The notes under the pieces were generated by a model. That model made no database searches and was not told the origin of the DNA. It saw only the letters and a list, made by a program, of their open reading frames with translations. 64,000 nucleotides of DNA from NCBI GenBank assembly GCA_030390025.1, contig CM059438.1, positions 56,732,001 to 56,796,000 on the forward strand, given 5' to 3'. A program made the position numbers and the translations under genes. Position 1 is the first letter of the stretch, and every line of letters starts with the position of its first letter. Below are positions 27,286-39,739 of the stretch, piece by piece. The DNA is from Squalus acanthias. Taxonomy: Eukaryota.

Positions 27286-28278
27286 AGAGCCGTTATCCCC
27301 AGTGTAGAGCCCATCCCCCGCCCTTATCCCCAGTGTAGAGCCCATTCCTCGCCCTTATCCCCAGTGTAGAGCCCATTCCTCGCCCTTATCCCAGTGTGGA
27401 GCCCATTCCCTGCCCTTATCCCCAGTGTAGAGCCCATTCCCTGCCCTTATCCCCAGTGTAGAGCCCATTCCTCGCCCTTATCCCCAGTGTAGAGCCCATT
27501 CCTCGCCCTTATCCCCAGTGTAGAGCCCATTCCTCGCCCTTATCCCCAGTGTAGAGCCCATTCCTCGCCCTTATCCCCAGTGTAGAGCCCATTCCTCGCC
27601 CTTATCCCCAGTGTAGAGCCCATTCCCCGCCCTTATCCCAGTGTAGAGCCCATTCCTCGCCCTTATCCCAGTGTAGAGCCCATTCCCCGCCCTTATCCCA
27701 GTGTAGAGCCCATTCCTCGCCCTTATCCCCAGTGTAGAGCCATTCCTCGCCCTTATCCCCAGTGTAGAGCCCATTCCTCGCCCTTATCCCCAGTGTAGAG
27801 CCCATTCCCCGCCCTTATCCCAGTGTCGAGCCCATCCCCCGCCCTTATCCCCAGTGTAGAGCCCATCCCCCGCCCTTATCCCCAGTGTAGAGCCCATTCC
27901 CCGCCCTTATCCCCAGTGTAGAGCCCATTCCCCGCCCTTATCCCCAGTGTAGAGCCCATCCCCCGCCCTTATCCCCAGTGTAGAGCCCATCCCCGCCCTT
28001 ATCCCCAGTGTAGAGCCCATTCCCCGCCCTTATCCCAGTGTCGAGCCCATCCCCCGCCCTTATCCCCAGTGTAGAGCCCATTCCCCGCCCTTATCCCAGT
28101 GTCGAGCCCATCCCCCGCCCTTATCCCCAGTGTAGAGCCCATTCCCCGCCCTTATCCCCAGTGTAGAGCCCATTCCCCGCCCTTATCCCAGTGTCGAGCC
28201 CATCCCCCGCCCTTATCCCCAGTGTAGAGCCCATTCCCCACCCTTATCCCAGTGTAGAGCCCATTCCCTGCCCTTATC
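27286..28278. repeat. 30/31-bp minisatellite, ~32 units
   Basis: Unit CCCTTATCCCCAGTGTAGAGCCCATTCCTCG; degenerate units resume at ~29045-29120. Confidence 0.97.
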
Positions 28279-29045
28279 ACCAAAGTTGAAGCCTATGGAA
28301 TATAAGGGATAGTGGCAGCATGGATATGAAATTGGCTAAGTGACAGGAAAGAGAGAGTAGTGGAGAACAGTTGTTTTTCGGATTGGAGGAAGGTATACAG
28401 TGGTGTTCCCCAGGGGTCGGTACTAGGACCACTGCTTTTCTTGATATATATTAATGACTTGGATGATGGCACAATTTCAAAATTTGCAGATGATGATACA
28501 ACACTTGGAAGTATAGTGAACAATGAGGAGGAGAGTGATAGACTTCAAGAGGACATAGACAGTCTGGTGAAATGGGCGGACACGTGGCAGATGAAATTTA
28601 ATGCAGAAAAGTGCGAAGTGATACATTTTGGTCGGAAGAACGAGAAGAGACAATATAATCTGAAGGATACAATTTTAAAGGGGGTGCATGAACAGAGAGG
28701 CCTGGGGGTATATGTGCACAAATCGTTGAAGATGGCAGGGCAGGTTGAGAAAACGGTTAAAAAAAGCATACAGGATCCTGGGCTTTATAAATAGAGGTAT
28801 AGAGTACAAAAGCAAGGAAGTTATGATGAACCTTTATAAAACACTGGTTCGGCCTCAACTGGAGTATTGTGACCAATTCTGGGCACCGCACTTTAGGAAG
28901 GATGTGAAGGCCTTAGAGAGGGTGCAGGAAAGATTTACGAGAATGATTCCAGGGATGAGGGACTTCAGTAACGTGGATAGACTGGAGAGGCTGGGGTTGT
29001 TCTCCTTAGAGCAGAGAAGGTTGAGGAGATTTGACAGAGATGTTC
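28279..29045 (+). mobile_element. CR1 RT fragment within the 31-bp minisatellite
   Basis: [23 protein letters not shown] peptides. Confidence 0.9.
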
Positions 29046-29490
29046 CCAGTGCCCATTCCTCGCCCTTGTCCCCATTATAGAGCCCATTCCCCGCCTTTTT
29101 CCCAGTCTAATGCCCATTAACGCTCCCACTATGCTGCATGGGACTCTGATGGAGATTATGGGACAGAGGCCCAGTCGTTAAGATGGGCAGGGTCTCCACG
29201 TCCCCCAGACTCTCTGGTTGTGCCGCCTGCTCTGAGGCTCGAGCTCACTGTACCCAGCCCCCGCACAACCAGGGCCCCTGTCTGATCCATACACAGTGGT
29301 TTACACCTGGCCTGGTCCAGACACAGTGCTCATCACTCACCGTCTGACCCACCAGCTTCAGGCTGACACGCTGTCTCTGTGCGTATGAAGCGCCCCATTT
29401 TGTAAACTGAAGCCGAGAAGCAGAAGGGTCTTGGTCTCGACTGGAGTTAGTGTAGAAGGAGGAAGGTTTTAACCCCGGCTGTTTGCTTAC

Positions 29491-29626
29491 CACAGTGCCC
29501 GTGGGCAGTGTACGGGCACAGACAGATGTCGCAGGCAATCACCAGCTCCGGGAACGTGTGCCGCAGCTTTTTAATGGCCAGGATGGCTGGGGTCTGCTCC
29601 GAGTCTGCTCCGGACCCTCTCTCATC
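29491..29626 (-). CDS. ALAD: ALAD coding exon 4 (catalytic zinc cysteines)
   Basis: [45 protein letters not shown]; DxCxCx7C zinc motif; 136 nt. Confidence 0.98.
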
Positions 29627-29779
29627 CTGTCAGAGAAAACACAACCTTACTAAGGCCGAGTGCTAGTAAATCAGGAGCTGCCCACCTGGAGTTTCATTAC
29701 CCAGTGCCCCCCCATCAGAGTCTTCTCAATCTCGCACAAAAAGGCTTTTGAATCACAGGGTCCTTGCAATCTCTCACAC

Positions 29780-30180
29780 ATACAGAGTAAAGCTCCCTCT
29801 ACACTGTCCCATCAAACACTCCCAGAGCAGGTACAGCACGGGTTAGATACAGTGTAAAGCTCCCTCTACACTGTCCCATCAAACACTCCCAGGGCAGGTA
29901 CAGCACGAGTTAGATACAGAGTAAAGCTCCCTCTACACTGTCCCATCAAACACTCCCAGGGCAGGTACAGCACAGGTTAGATAGAGTAAAGCTCCCTCTG
30001 CACTGTCCCATCAAACACTCCCAGGGCAGGTACAGCACGGGTTAGATACAGAGTAAAGCTCCCTCTACACTGTCCCATCAAACACTCCCAGGGCAGGTAC
30101 AGCACGGGTTAGATACAGAGTAAAGCTCCCTCTACACTGTCCCATCAAACACTCCCAGGACAGGTACAGCACCGGTTAGC
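29780..30180. repeat. 67-bp tandem repeat, ~6 units
   Basis: AGTAAAGCTCCCTCTACACTGTCCCATCAAACACTCCCAGGGCAGGTACAGCACGGGTTAGATACAG. Confidence 0.95.
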
Positions 30181-30611
30181 TAGAGATCTCTATTGTACTT
30201 TCTCCTGACTGTGATCCTGTATGTTGCCCTGTAGTATTACGGAACACTAATATGAGGGACAGGGCACATGTGGCAGACAGGAGATTAAACCGGAAAGCAA
30301 TTTCCAAATAGTTGTCTTTGCACGGACCCCTCGGGAGGTGACTTCCCAACAGCCTGACTTCTACCAACACTTCATACAGCAGCGAAAGGTCCCCAAGAGC
30401 GCCACAAGGTGAACTATTCAGTAAGCAAATACAGCAGGTTTTTTTGATGGTGTTGGTTGAGAGCGAAGTATCGAAAAGAGCATCAGGAGAAATCTCTGTT
30501 CTTCTTTGGATAGTGCTGTGGGATCTTTAGTGCCCAGCTCAATCACCGGAATAAACAGCTGGAGCCCCACTTTAATCCCCCATCCAAATGAACAAACTGC
30601 ACTGCAGACAC

Positions 30612-31035
30612 TCCTGCATTTATATCACAACCTCAGGACGTTCCAAAGCGCTTCACAGCCAACGAAGTACTTTTGTAGTCACTGTTGTAATGCAGGAAAC
30701 TCGGCAGCCAATTTGCGCACAGCAAGCGCCCACAAACAGTAAAAGAGATAATGACCAAATAATCTGTTTTAGGTGTTGATTTAGAGATAAATATTGGCCA
30801 GGACACTGGGGATAACTCCCCTGCTCTTCTTGCAATAGCGCCATGAGATCTTTTACGTCCACCCGAGAGGGCAGACGGGGCCTTGGTTTAACGTCTCATC
30901 TGAAAGACGGCACCTCTGACAATGCAGCACTCCCTCAGTACTGCACGGAGTGTAAACCTAGATTATGGGCTCATGTCTCTGGAGTGGGGCTTGAACCCAC
31001 ATCCTTCTGACTCGGGGGAGTGCGCGCCACGGTTG
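30612..31035 (-). mobile_element. DeuSINE copy
   Basis: Reverse complement of the 57741 element. Confidence 0.8.
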
Positions 31036-31760
31036 ACAACTTAAAAAGCCTAGATTACGTGTTCATGGATTTGTGGGGCATCTCAACTCTCAACCTTCTG
31101 ACTCACAGACAAGACAGCAACCAACTGAGTCAAGCTGGCACCTGGGCACACCTCGCACTCAGCTGGTGCTGTCTCAGCTGGAGAGGCAGAGGTGCCGGCC
31201 AGTAGATCGCAATAAATGACAACAACCGCTTGGAATATCGTGTCGCCAGCTGGTTACTGCTACCCGAAACCGCCGCGCTGAAACAGTTTCAGCAATGCAA
31301 TGTTTGATGCTTTCAATTCTCTTTAGTAGATAAATGATGAATTATTCATCGTGAAACACTTAACAGAATTTAGTCTTCTGCGGAAAAGCGCTCAAATTGT
31401 GTTTTTCCCACAAACTGAAGTTTTTAAAATCACTCAAACAACACCATCAAAGCAGGTGAACAGGTCATTTGGCTCACTGCTGTTTGTGGGATCTTGCTGT
31501 GCGCCAGTAACGGCAGCGACCACACATCAAAAACATTGCTGACCGGCTGTGAAGCGTTTCAGGACGTCTCAACGTGTGAAAGGTGCGATGCAAATGCAAG
31601 TTCCTTCTTTCTTTTAGGCTGCAACAAGCTCCCAACAGCACAAAAAGGTCATGTTTCTAAAGGTATGCAGGTAGACTGTAGTGAAACGAGCAGTGTAACG
31701 TTGGGAGTCTCTCTCCCGGGGACTAGCTCAGCCTCGGTACGGTGCTTCTTTCAGTCCTAC

Positions 31761-31857
31761 CTTGGGGAGTTTGGCTGGAACTCCAAAGATCAACACGCAA
31801 GCCAGGCCTTCGTCCACAAGGGGGCGCAGCATCTCCTCCAGTTTATTGACACCGTAC
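31761..31857 (-). CDS. ALAD: ALAD coding exon 3
   Basis: [32 protein letters not shown]; 97 nt; AG/GT. Confidence 0.97.
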
Positions 31858-33319
31858 CTGGGAGACAGGTGCAGAGTGAGACCCAGAGACAAACACCCTC
31901 CGATTACACCGAGCCTTCACCCAGCAGGCCAGCCCTGCTAACACAAAGTAGGAAATGCACTGCACAGTCATCCCACACTCTGAAGAGGTGAAGAGGAAAC
32001 CATCCGATATACCTCACTAACCTGCAGCCTGAAATATACAGCATTCACGTAACAGAAGTGACGCTGTAATGATCGCCTGACAACAGGTTAGCATGATTCA
32101 AATTTTCTCCATTCAAAAAAGCCTAAAACAGTCTCTGGCGTTCGGAATTAAACAACTCCCTATTTTCCCCGGTGCGTTTTGTACTTATGGAGATGAGGGA
32201 TGTTCGTGCTGGGAAAGGGAACCTACCCATGTCAGGGAGCCAGTGTCAGGATCAGGCACTGCCAGGTGAGCTAGAGCACAGGGGGCTGCAGAGTAAAACT
32301 CCCTTCACTCTGCCCCAACAATGTGCTTTAGCTCCTAGCGCTCACTCCCCACCATTGCTGCACCAGTCTGCTCTTGCAGCTGTGAGATTGCCAAGTTGGG
32401 TTGAGTTTGGTATTGTGGGCTCACCCCCAGGAGGGACTGGTTGCAGCCCAAACACTTCATTTAGCCCCCTTACAGCCAGGTTGGTTAGCTCAGTCTGCTT
32501 TATGGTTAACGAGGGAGGTCCCCTGGGTTAGTGGGGGGAGGGGTTGTCCCCCGGGTTAGTGGGGGGGGGGGGAGGGAGGGAGGAGGAGATGCCCCGGCTT
32601 GTGTAAAAAAAAAAGCAGTTACTTTGTAGCTCAGTTTGCAACAGCAGAAATATTTATAACATGTTCGGAGAGTAAGTTTTTCCTTGTTGAAATCTTCAGT
32701 CTATATCGATCGAGATCAGTGAAGTAACCCAGAAACAGCCAGTCACCGGGGCAGGTTTAATCTAATTAGCAGAGAGACACGGCAGCGTGCAGTGAACACA
32801 ACAGCAAAGGCTGCTCTCAATCTGTAGTCTTGGCCACACTTCAGCTTGTCCCCTGGCTCTGGCCAGTCAGGATGAACTCCCAGGTTCCCATCGGGATCAC
32901 GACAGCCAGTGTCATATCGGGAGTGAGTCACACATACAACCTGCTCCTGCAGTGCAGGATAAGGCTGCTCAGCTGCAAGGTTCCTGTGACCGAGAGCAAG
33001 GAAGCTCTGCTGTGTCATTGTCCACACCTATCTGCAGCCAGCAACACACACACTAGTGGCTGAGGGCATATCAGCTTCCACACAGACACAGTCACTCCAG
33101 CTGCGATCAGCTTCGTATGACTTGCCGTTTGGTTGATCCCAAGAACGTTACTCTACGGTGTGAGGCAGGGTCTGCCCCTCTCCGACAGCTTTTGCTGCTA
33201 TCTTCACAACATCACTGGATGGCATTACATAAACTACATGAATGAACAGTATAGCGTATTCACAGTGAGAACACGCAAATCCCAAGGCTGCCTGGTACAT
33301 GGAAATTAATAAAGATGTA

Positions 33320-34015
33320 CACAGATCACCAAAGTGTAGTCGTCAGGTACAAAACATAATCAAAAAGGCTGATGGAATATTAGCCTTTATAACTAGAGGG
33401 CTAGAATATAAAGGGGAGGAAGTTCTGCTACAGCTGTACAAAGCCCTGGTTAGACCACATCTGGAGCACTGTGTACAGTTCTGGGCACCGCACCTCAGAA
33501 AGGATATATTGGCCTTGGAAGGAGTGCAGCGCACATTCACCAGAATGTTACCAGGGCTCCAAGGGTTAGATTAAGTGGAAAGATTATATAAACTAGGCTT
33601 GTATTCCCTGGAATATAGTAGATTAAGGGTGATTTGATTAAGGTTTTTAGGATTTTGAAAGGAATTGATAGGGTGGATAGAGAGAAACTTTTTCTGCTGG
33701 TGTTGGAGGGATGCAAGGAGTCGAGGACGAGGGGACATAACCTTAGAAATCAGAGCCAGGCCATTCAGGAGAGAAAAGTTAGGAAACACTTCTTCATCCA
33801 AAAGGTGGTAGGAAAGTGTGGAACTCTCACAAAAAGCTGTAGATTCTAGCTCAATTCATAATTTTAAAGCGGAGATTGATAGATTGTTGCTAGACGAGGG
33901 TATTAAGAGATATGGAGCCAAGGTGGGTGGATGGAGTTAGGATACAAATCAGCCATGATCTCACTGAATGACGGAACTGGCTCGAGGGGCTGAATGGCCT
34001 CCTCCTGTTCCCATA
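33320..34015 (+). mobile_element. CR1 3' fragment
   Basis: LYKALVRPHLEHCVQFW peptide and CR1 tail. Confidence 0.88.
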
Positions 34016-34198
34016 TTCCTGGGCTCCCTTGCTACCTCTCTAGACGTAGGTCCACTTTCAAGCTGAGCTATTCAAAAACTAACTGGTCTGGACTGTGTGT
34101 GACTGCCTGCTCAGGCATAATTCACTGTCAGAGAGAGCATGAGAGAGCAAGGGGGGTCACTCCTACAGCGGGACACTACACAGAAAAGTTTTTCCTAC

Positions 34199-34249
34199 CT
34201 TGCCTGTCCCGGGAGGCTGGCAATAGGTTCCACGGCATTGGCATCGTCA
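34199..34249 (-). CDS. ALAD: ALAD coding exon 2
   Basis: DDANAVEPIASLPGQAR; 51 nt; AG/GT flanks; phase consistent. Confidence 0.96.
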
Positions 34250-34465
34250 CTGAAACAGGTAGATAGTAAATGTCAGTTAGACAAGGTCACAGAGCACTAA
34301 CATTAAGCCAGCACCTGTCCTGGGCATCGGCTATCACTAACTCTAGGACCAATCGCAGCATTACCATTCTCAATGGAACAGGAGAATTGCTTTACTCCCC
34401 TTTTTTTTTTAAATATAAAAATCTCAGGATCACACTCCTTCTCGCTCCCTTCCGCCCGCACTTAC

Positions 34466-34578
34466 GTTACAAAGATGGGGTAGATGAGGTTGCTTGCATT
34501 GAAGGTGGTGGCACAGGTCTGCCAGGCACGGAGCAGGGGGTGCGAGTAGCCACTGTGCAAGAGCGATTCTGTCTGCAT
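34466..34578 (-). CDS. ALAD: ALAD coding exon 1 (exon 2; exon starts at 34609, alternative in-frame ATG at 34581)
   Basis: [38 protein letters not shown] matches the human ALAD N-terminus; acceptor ttgtAG, donor GTAAG; 113 coding nt. Confidence 0.97.
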
Positions 34579-35618
34579 CATCCTTACACTGGGGAGGAAA
34601 CTCCGGAACCTACAAATACAGTAAAGCACAGTGAGAAAACGACAGACAGAGCCCGGCACCCACACAGGCAGGACTGGAATTCAGGGCGGGCCAAGCACTG
34701 CTGCTAAAGGTTTGACCAGAAAACTCAGAACCTATTGGGGGGGACCTTCTCGTCTCTAATCTCCAGAGCAGAAAGCAGCCCACTAATCAGTAACACTGTC
34801 ACTCCACCTCCCAGTGCCACTCCCACTCCTTCTCCCCTCCCCCATCCAGACATTCCCATCTCTACTGCGATTGAATACTTCAGAGGGTCAGAACTGAACT
34901 TCAAATGTTTTCTTTACTGCGCAAAAATCTTCAAGACTTTTCAGGGAATCAGGAGCTTGGTGTGGCTGAGAGGAGAGCGTGAATTACCAGCTCCCAGACT
35001 TTACCCCAACAGGACTGGCTCAGAGCTAACTCCTCCTTGGACAGCTGTGTGTTGGTGGGCATGGGGCACGGTGGCTCTGTTACTAGACCTGTATGTAACC
35101 TGTGGGTTCAAATCCCACCGTGGAAAGTTGTGGAACTAAACTCTGGTAACTTGTGGGTTGGCACCAGTGTAAAAACTGCCAAATTGTGAAAAAGCCCAAC
35201 GGGTTGACTGCTGTCTCAGAGGGAAGGGAACCTGCCACCTCTACTCAGTCTGGCCCACACTAACTGGTTAACTCCCAATGCCACCTCTAGCAGCCGAGCA
35301 AGCCACTCAGTTGTAAAAAGAAATGCGCTCAGGGATGAGCAATGAATGGGGCTTCGCCAGCATAAGCCACATCCTGAAAACAATGTATTTTTTAGATGCA
35401 GGTTAGATATATCAAAGTCACAGACGTGACTGACCAGGGAATCAGATATTAAAGAACTGTGCTGTTTAGGAGCAGTTCCCTTTACTGATCTAACTTACCA
35501 GGCTGCACCATTCAGCCAATTATCAAACAGATCAGTCTCAGAGACCTCATCCAAACACACTCGGTGCGAAGTATTGAAACCTGTGGGACTGGTGTTGTAT
35601 TGAATCGGTCATCCTACT

Positions 35619-36290
35619 CAGTTGGTTACACTGTGGTCAGTTACAGTATTGGTTACACTGTGGTCAGTTACAGTATTGGTTGCATGGTGGTCAGTTACAG
35701 TATTGATTACACTGTGGTCAGTTATAGTATTGTTTTTTTAATTCATTTATGGGATCAGGGCGTCGCTGGCAAGGCCAGCATTTATTGCCCATCCCTAATT
35801 GCCCTTGAGAAGGTGGTGGTGAGCCGCCTTCTTGAACCGCTGCAGTCCGTGTGGTGAAGGTACTCCCACAGTGCTTTTAGGGAGGGAGTTCCAGGATTTT
35901 GACCCAGCGACGATGAAGGATCGGCGACATATTTCCAAGTCAGAATGGCATGTGACTTGGAGGGGAACTTGGAGGTGGTGGTGTTCCCGTGCGCCTGCTG
36001 CCCTTGTCCTTCTGGAAGAGGTCACGGGTTTGGGAGGTGCTGCCGAAGAAGCCTTGGCAAGTTGCTGCAGTGCATCTTGTAGATGGTACACACTGCAGGT
36101 TACAGGGTAGTTAACTAACATATTGGTTACTCGAGTTAAAGTATTAGTTACACTGTGATTAGTTACAGTATTGGTTACACAGTAGTTAGATAAAGTTTTG
36201 GTTACAGTATTAGTTACACTGGTTAGTTACAGTATTGGTTACTAGTTAGTTACAGTATTAGTTACACTACCGGTTACTAGTTAGTTCCAG
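35619..36290. repeat. 27-bp degenerate repeat split by a LINE-tail insertion (35735-36097)
   Basis: TTACAGTATTGGTTACACTGTGGTCAG units on both sides of the insertion. Confidence 0.85.
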
Positions 36291-36316
36291 TCTCCGTACT
36301 CCAGCCACTCTCTTAC

Positions 36317-36370
36317 CTGGGCTCTGCTTTTCCTCGTCTTACAGCTGAGTAACCCGGAAGCAGTGAGTGG
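36317..36370 (-). other. ALAD: Probable non-coding exon 1 of ALAD
   Basis: Strong donor CAG|GTAAG at 36317/36316 at the edge of the CpG island; the 5' end is approximate. Confidence 0.7.
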
Positions 36371-36700
36371 CCTTGGCCCCGCCCCCGGGGCGCGGGGACG
36401 GTCCTATGGCCGCAATGTCGCGAATGGGATTTTATTTTGTGAATGGAGACGCCGGGGACGGGGCCAGCGCGCGGGGACTGAGGAGGCGCGAGCGGAACAA
36501 TGACTGGAACCGCAGTCAGAGCGCAGCCAATCAGTGTGGCCTGGAGCGGGGACCTCGTGCCGGGGGCGGGGTCTGTAGGTGGGCGGGGCCTGGGCGGTGT
36601 GGGTGGGTGGGCGGGGCCTGGGCCGTGGATTGTGGGCGGGGCCTGGGCAGTGGATTGTGGGCGGGGTCTGATGCGGTGCAGCGCCATGCTGGGTGAGTGG
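36345..36700. promoter_or_regulatory. CpG-island promoter of ALAD
   Basis: CpG-dense; ETS-type CCGGAAG at ~36354, CCAAT box (GCCAATCAG ~36526), tandem GGGCGGGG Sp1 boxes at 36560-36670. Confidence 0.8.
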
Positions 36701-37169
36701 GGATGGGCAGTGCCCCACAGGGTCCACACTACAGCTCCTCCCAGGATCCAGAGAGAGCCTCCTTGGGGAAGGTGGGTGGGGGGTGGGGAGTGGGACTCTG
36801 CAGCCTGAATGGTGGGGGTAGGGAGAATCCTGGCCAGAAGCTGGCCCTTTGGTTTGGGCTCCAGCAATGGATTGGAGCAGGTGACTGGCGGTGACGGGCA
36901 TCGCCGAGGTTGCAGACCACCTGGTCCAGCTGTGTCGGTTGATGGAGTTCGAACCAGGAGCACGAAGCTGGTAGTGGGAAACAATCAAGATGACATCAGT
37001 CATTCCAACACTGAGCTGGAAAAATTCTACCTGATCCATCAGTTGATTTCAGAGTGATAAGAGTTCTGGTTGAAACAGTCATCTTATCTCTTGTAGACCT
37101 TCCAGATGCAATATTATACATGGATGCAAATCACAGTCAATCACCAAAACCGACTACTTCCACCTTAGT

Positions 37170-37735
37170 AACATAAGAAAATAAGAATTAGGAGCAGGAG
37201 TAGGCCATATGGTCCCTCGAGCCTGCTCCGCCATTCATTATCATGGCTGATCTTCGACCTCAGCTCCACTTTCCCGCCCGATCCCCATAATCCCTCGATT
37301 CCCCTAGAGTCCAAAAATCTATCTATCTCAGCCTTGAATATACTCAAAGACTCAGCATTCACAGCCCTCGGGCAGAGAATTCCAAAGATTCGCAACCCGC
37401 TGAGTGAAGAAATTCCTCCTCATCTCAGTCTTAAACGGCCAACCCCTTATCCTGAGACTACGCCCCCTAGTTTTAGACTCTCCAGCTGGGGAAACAATCT
37501 CTCAGCATCTACCCTGTCAATCCTCCTCAGTATCTTATATGTTTCAATGAGATCACCTCTCATTCTTCTAAACTCCAGAGAGTATAGGCCCAATCTACTC
37601 TCACAGGACAACCCTCTCATCCCAGGGATTAATCTAGTGAACCTTCATTGCAAGTATGCCCTTCCTCAGATAAGGAGACCAAAACTGTGCACAGTACTCC
37701 AGGAGTGGTCTCACCAAAGCCCTGTACAATTGTAG
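37170..37735 (-). mobile_element. CR1 3' fragment
   Basis: CR1 tail and C-terminal RT remnants. Confidence 0.85.
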
Positions 37736-37737
37736 TA

Positions 37738-38440
37738 AGACATCCACCTGAAGCAGGGGAAGAATGCTTGTGAAGCCTCCAGCTACTGCCCGATCTCCTT
37801 ACCTTGCACTTGTTATATAGTGCTGGAGGATACGACTGCATAGACCAGCCCCCATCATCGAGCCAACCATTCCTAAGGAGCAAGCGGGCTTCTGGAGCGA
37901 CCGTAACTGCTGCGACCAAGTGTTAGCTTTGATAATGCACATCGAAGCAGGTTTCCAGCGCCAGCTCAAGACCGCCGTAGCATGCGTGGACCTGTCAGCG
38001 GCGTATAACATAGCATGGACTGCTTTTCAAGCTCTCCACCATTTTACCCTGCAGAAAAACAATCCATCTACTCAATTCCATGCTTAGCAACTGACGCTTC
38101 AGTGTGTACACTGGCACCCAGAAGAGCAGATATAGGACATTGAACAATGGACTCCCACAGGGTTCTGTCCTGGCACCCATGTTATTCAAAGTTTACACCA
38201 GTGACCTGCCCAAAACAGAGTCTTACAAGTTTGTATACGCTGATGACATTGCCTTGGCCACGCAAAACATGAATCTGTCCATGACTGAGACCACCCTGAC
38301 CAGTGATTTACAGAGGATGGAGGTCTACTTCTGCCGAAGGCGACTTCGGCCAAACCCGCAAAAGACCGTTACCTCAACATTCCATCTCCACACCCATCCA
38401 GCAAACCAAGCTTTGAAAGTCTCCTTTTGAAGCGCAGAGG
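37738..38440 (+). mobile_element. Second Vingi-like RT fragment
   Basis: Near-identical to 1337-1745 and extends further 5' (VDLSAAY). Confidence 0.82.
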
Positions 38441-39455
38441 TTAACCTATGCCAATTTGTGCGTGGCTCAGGTATCAATCCAGATATTATTACCTTTGAGG
38501 TTCTGCATTTTAATTTGGATCCTAGCTCCTCAAACTCTCTCAGCAGAACCTCATTCCTAGTTCTACCTATGTCGTTGTTTCCTATGTGGACCACGACAAC
38601 TGAATGCTCCCCCTCCCACTCTAAGTTCTTCTCCAGCCGCAAGGAGATATCTTTAACCCTGGCACCGGGCAGGCAACATGGCCTTCGGAACTCCCAGTCC
38701 CGGCTGCAGAGAACAGTATCTATCCCCTTGACGATACTGTCCCCTGCCACTACAACATTCCTTTTCACTTCCCCCCGCCCCCCCACTTGAATGGCCTCCT
38801 GTACCACGATGCCATGGTCAGTTTGCTCATCCACCCTGCAGACTGCCTTCATACACACAGGCAGCATTAACCTCATACCTGTTGGATAAGGGCAAAGGCT
38901 GAGGCTCCTCCAGCACTGCACCTGGGGTCCCCTTACCTGCCTGAGTTGCAGTCACATCCTCCTGTCCCTGACCACGAGCCAGAACTGTACCACTACCTAG
39001 TCTAAGGGGTGTGACAGTTTGAACTGACGCTCTCCACTCTCTGTCCTGTGACAATTTGAACTGGCACTCGCCACTTTCTGTCCTGTGACAGTTTGAACTG
39101 GCGCTCGCCACTCTCTGTCCTGTGACAGTTTGAACTGGCGCTCTCCACTCCCTGTCCTGTGACAATTTGAACTGGCGCTCGCCACTCTCTGTCCTGTGAC
39201 AGTTTGAACTGGCACTCGCCACTCTCTGTCCTGTGACAGTTTGAACTGGCGCTCGCCACTCTCTGTCCTGTGACAGTTTGAACTGGCGCTCGCCACTCTC
39301 TGTCCTGTGACAATTTGAACTGGCGCTCTCCACTCTCCCATCTCCAATACTGGGGAAAGAGAGAGTTGTTCTGTTGGGACGGGCTCCACTTAAACCGGGC
39401 TGGGACCAGCGTCCTGGCGAATCCAATAACTAGGACAGTATATCGGGCTTTAAAC
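38440..39455. mobile_element. Rearranged CR1 ORF1 (SGNH) pieces: minus 38440-39012, plus ~39340-39455
   Basis: VAGDSIV, HIGNND on the minus strand; QYWGKRELFCWDGLHLN on the plus strand. Confidence 0.8.
39010..39338. repeat. 37-bp minisatellite, ~9 units
   Basis: TGTGACAGTTTGAACTGGCGCTCGCCACTCTCTGTCC. Confidence 0.96.
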
Positions 39456-39739
39456 ATTGCCCGTCTCCACCCCTGCCTCAGGCCATCTGCTACTGAAACC
39501 CTCAGCCTTGCGCCTTTTTTACCTCCAGACTCAACTATTCCAATGCTCTCCTGGCCAGCCTCCTATCTTCCACCTTCCATAAACTTGAGGTCATACAAAA
39601 CTCTGCGGCCTGTGTCCTAACTCGCACCATTTCCCGTTCACCCATCACCCCAGTGCTCGCAGACCTACATTGGCTTCCGGTCCAGCAATGCCTTGAATTT
39701 AAAGTTCTCATCCTCGTGTTCAAATCCATCCATAGCCTT

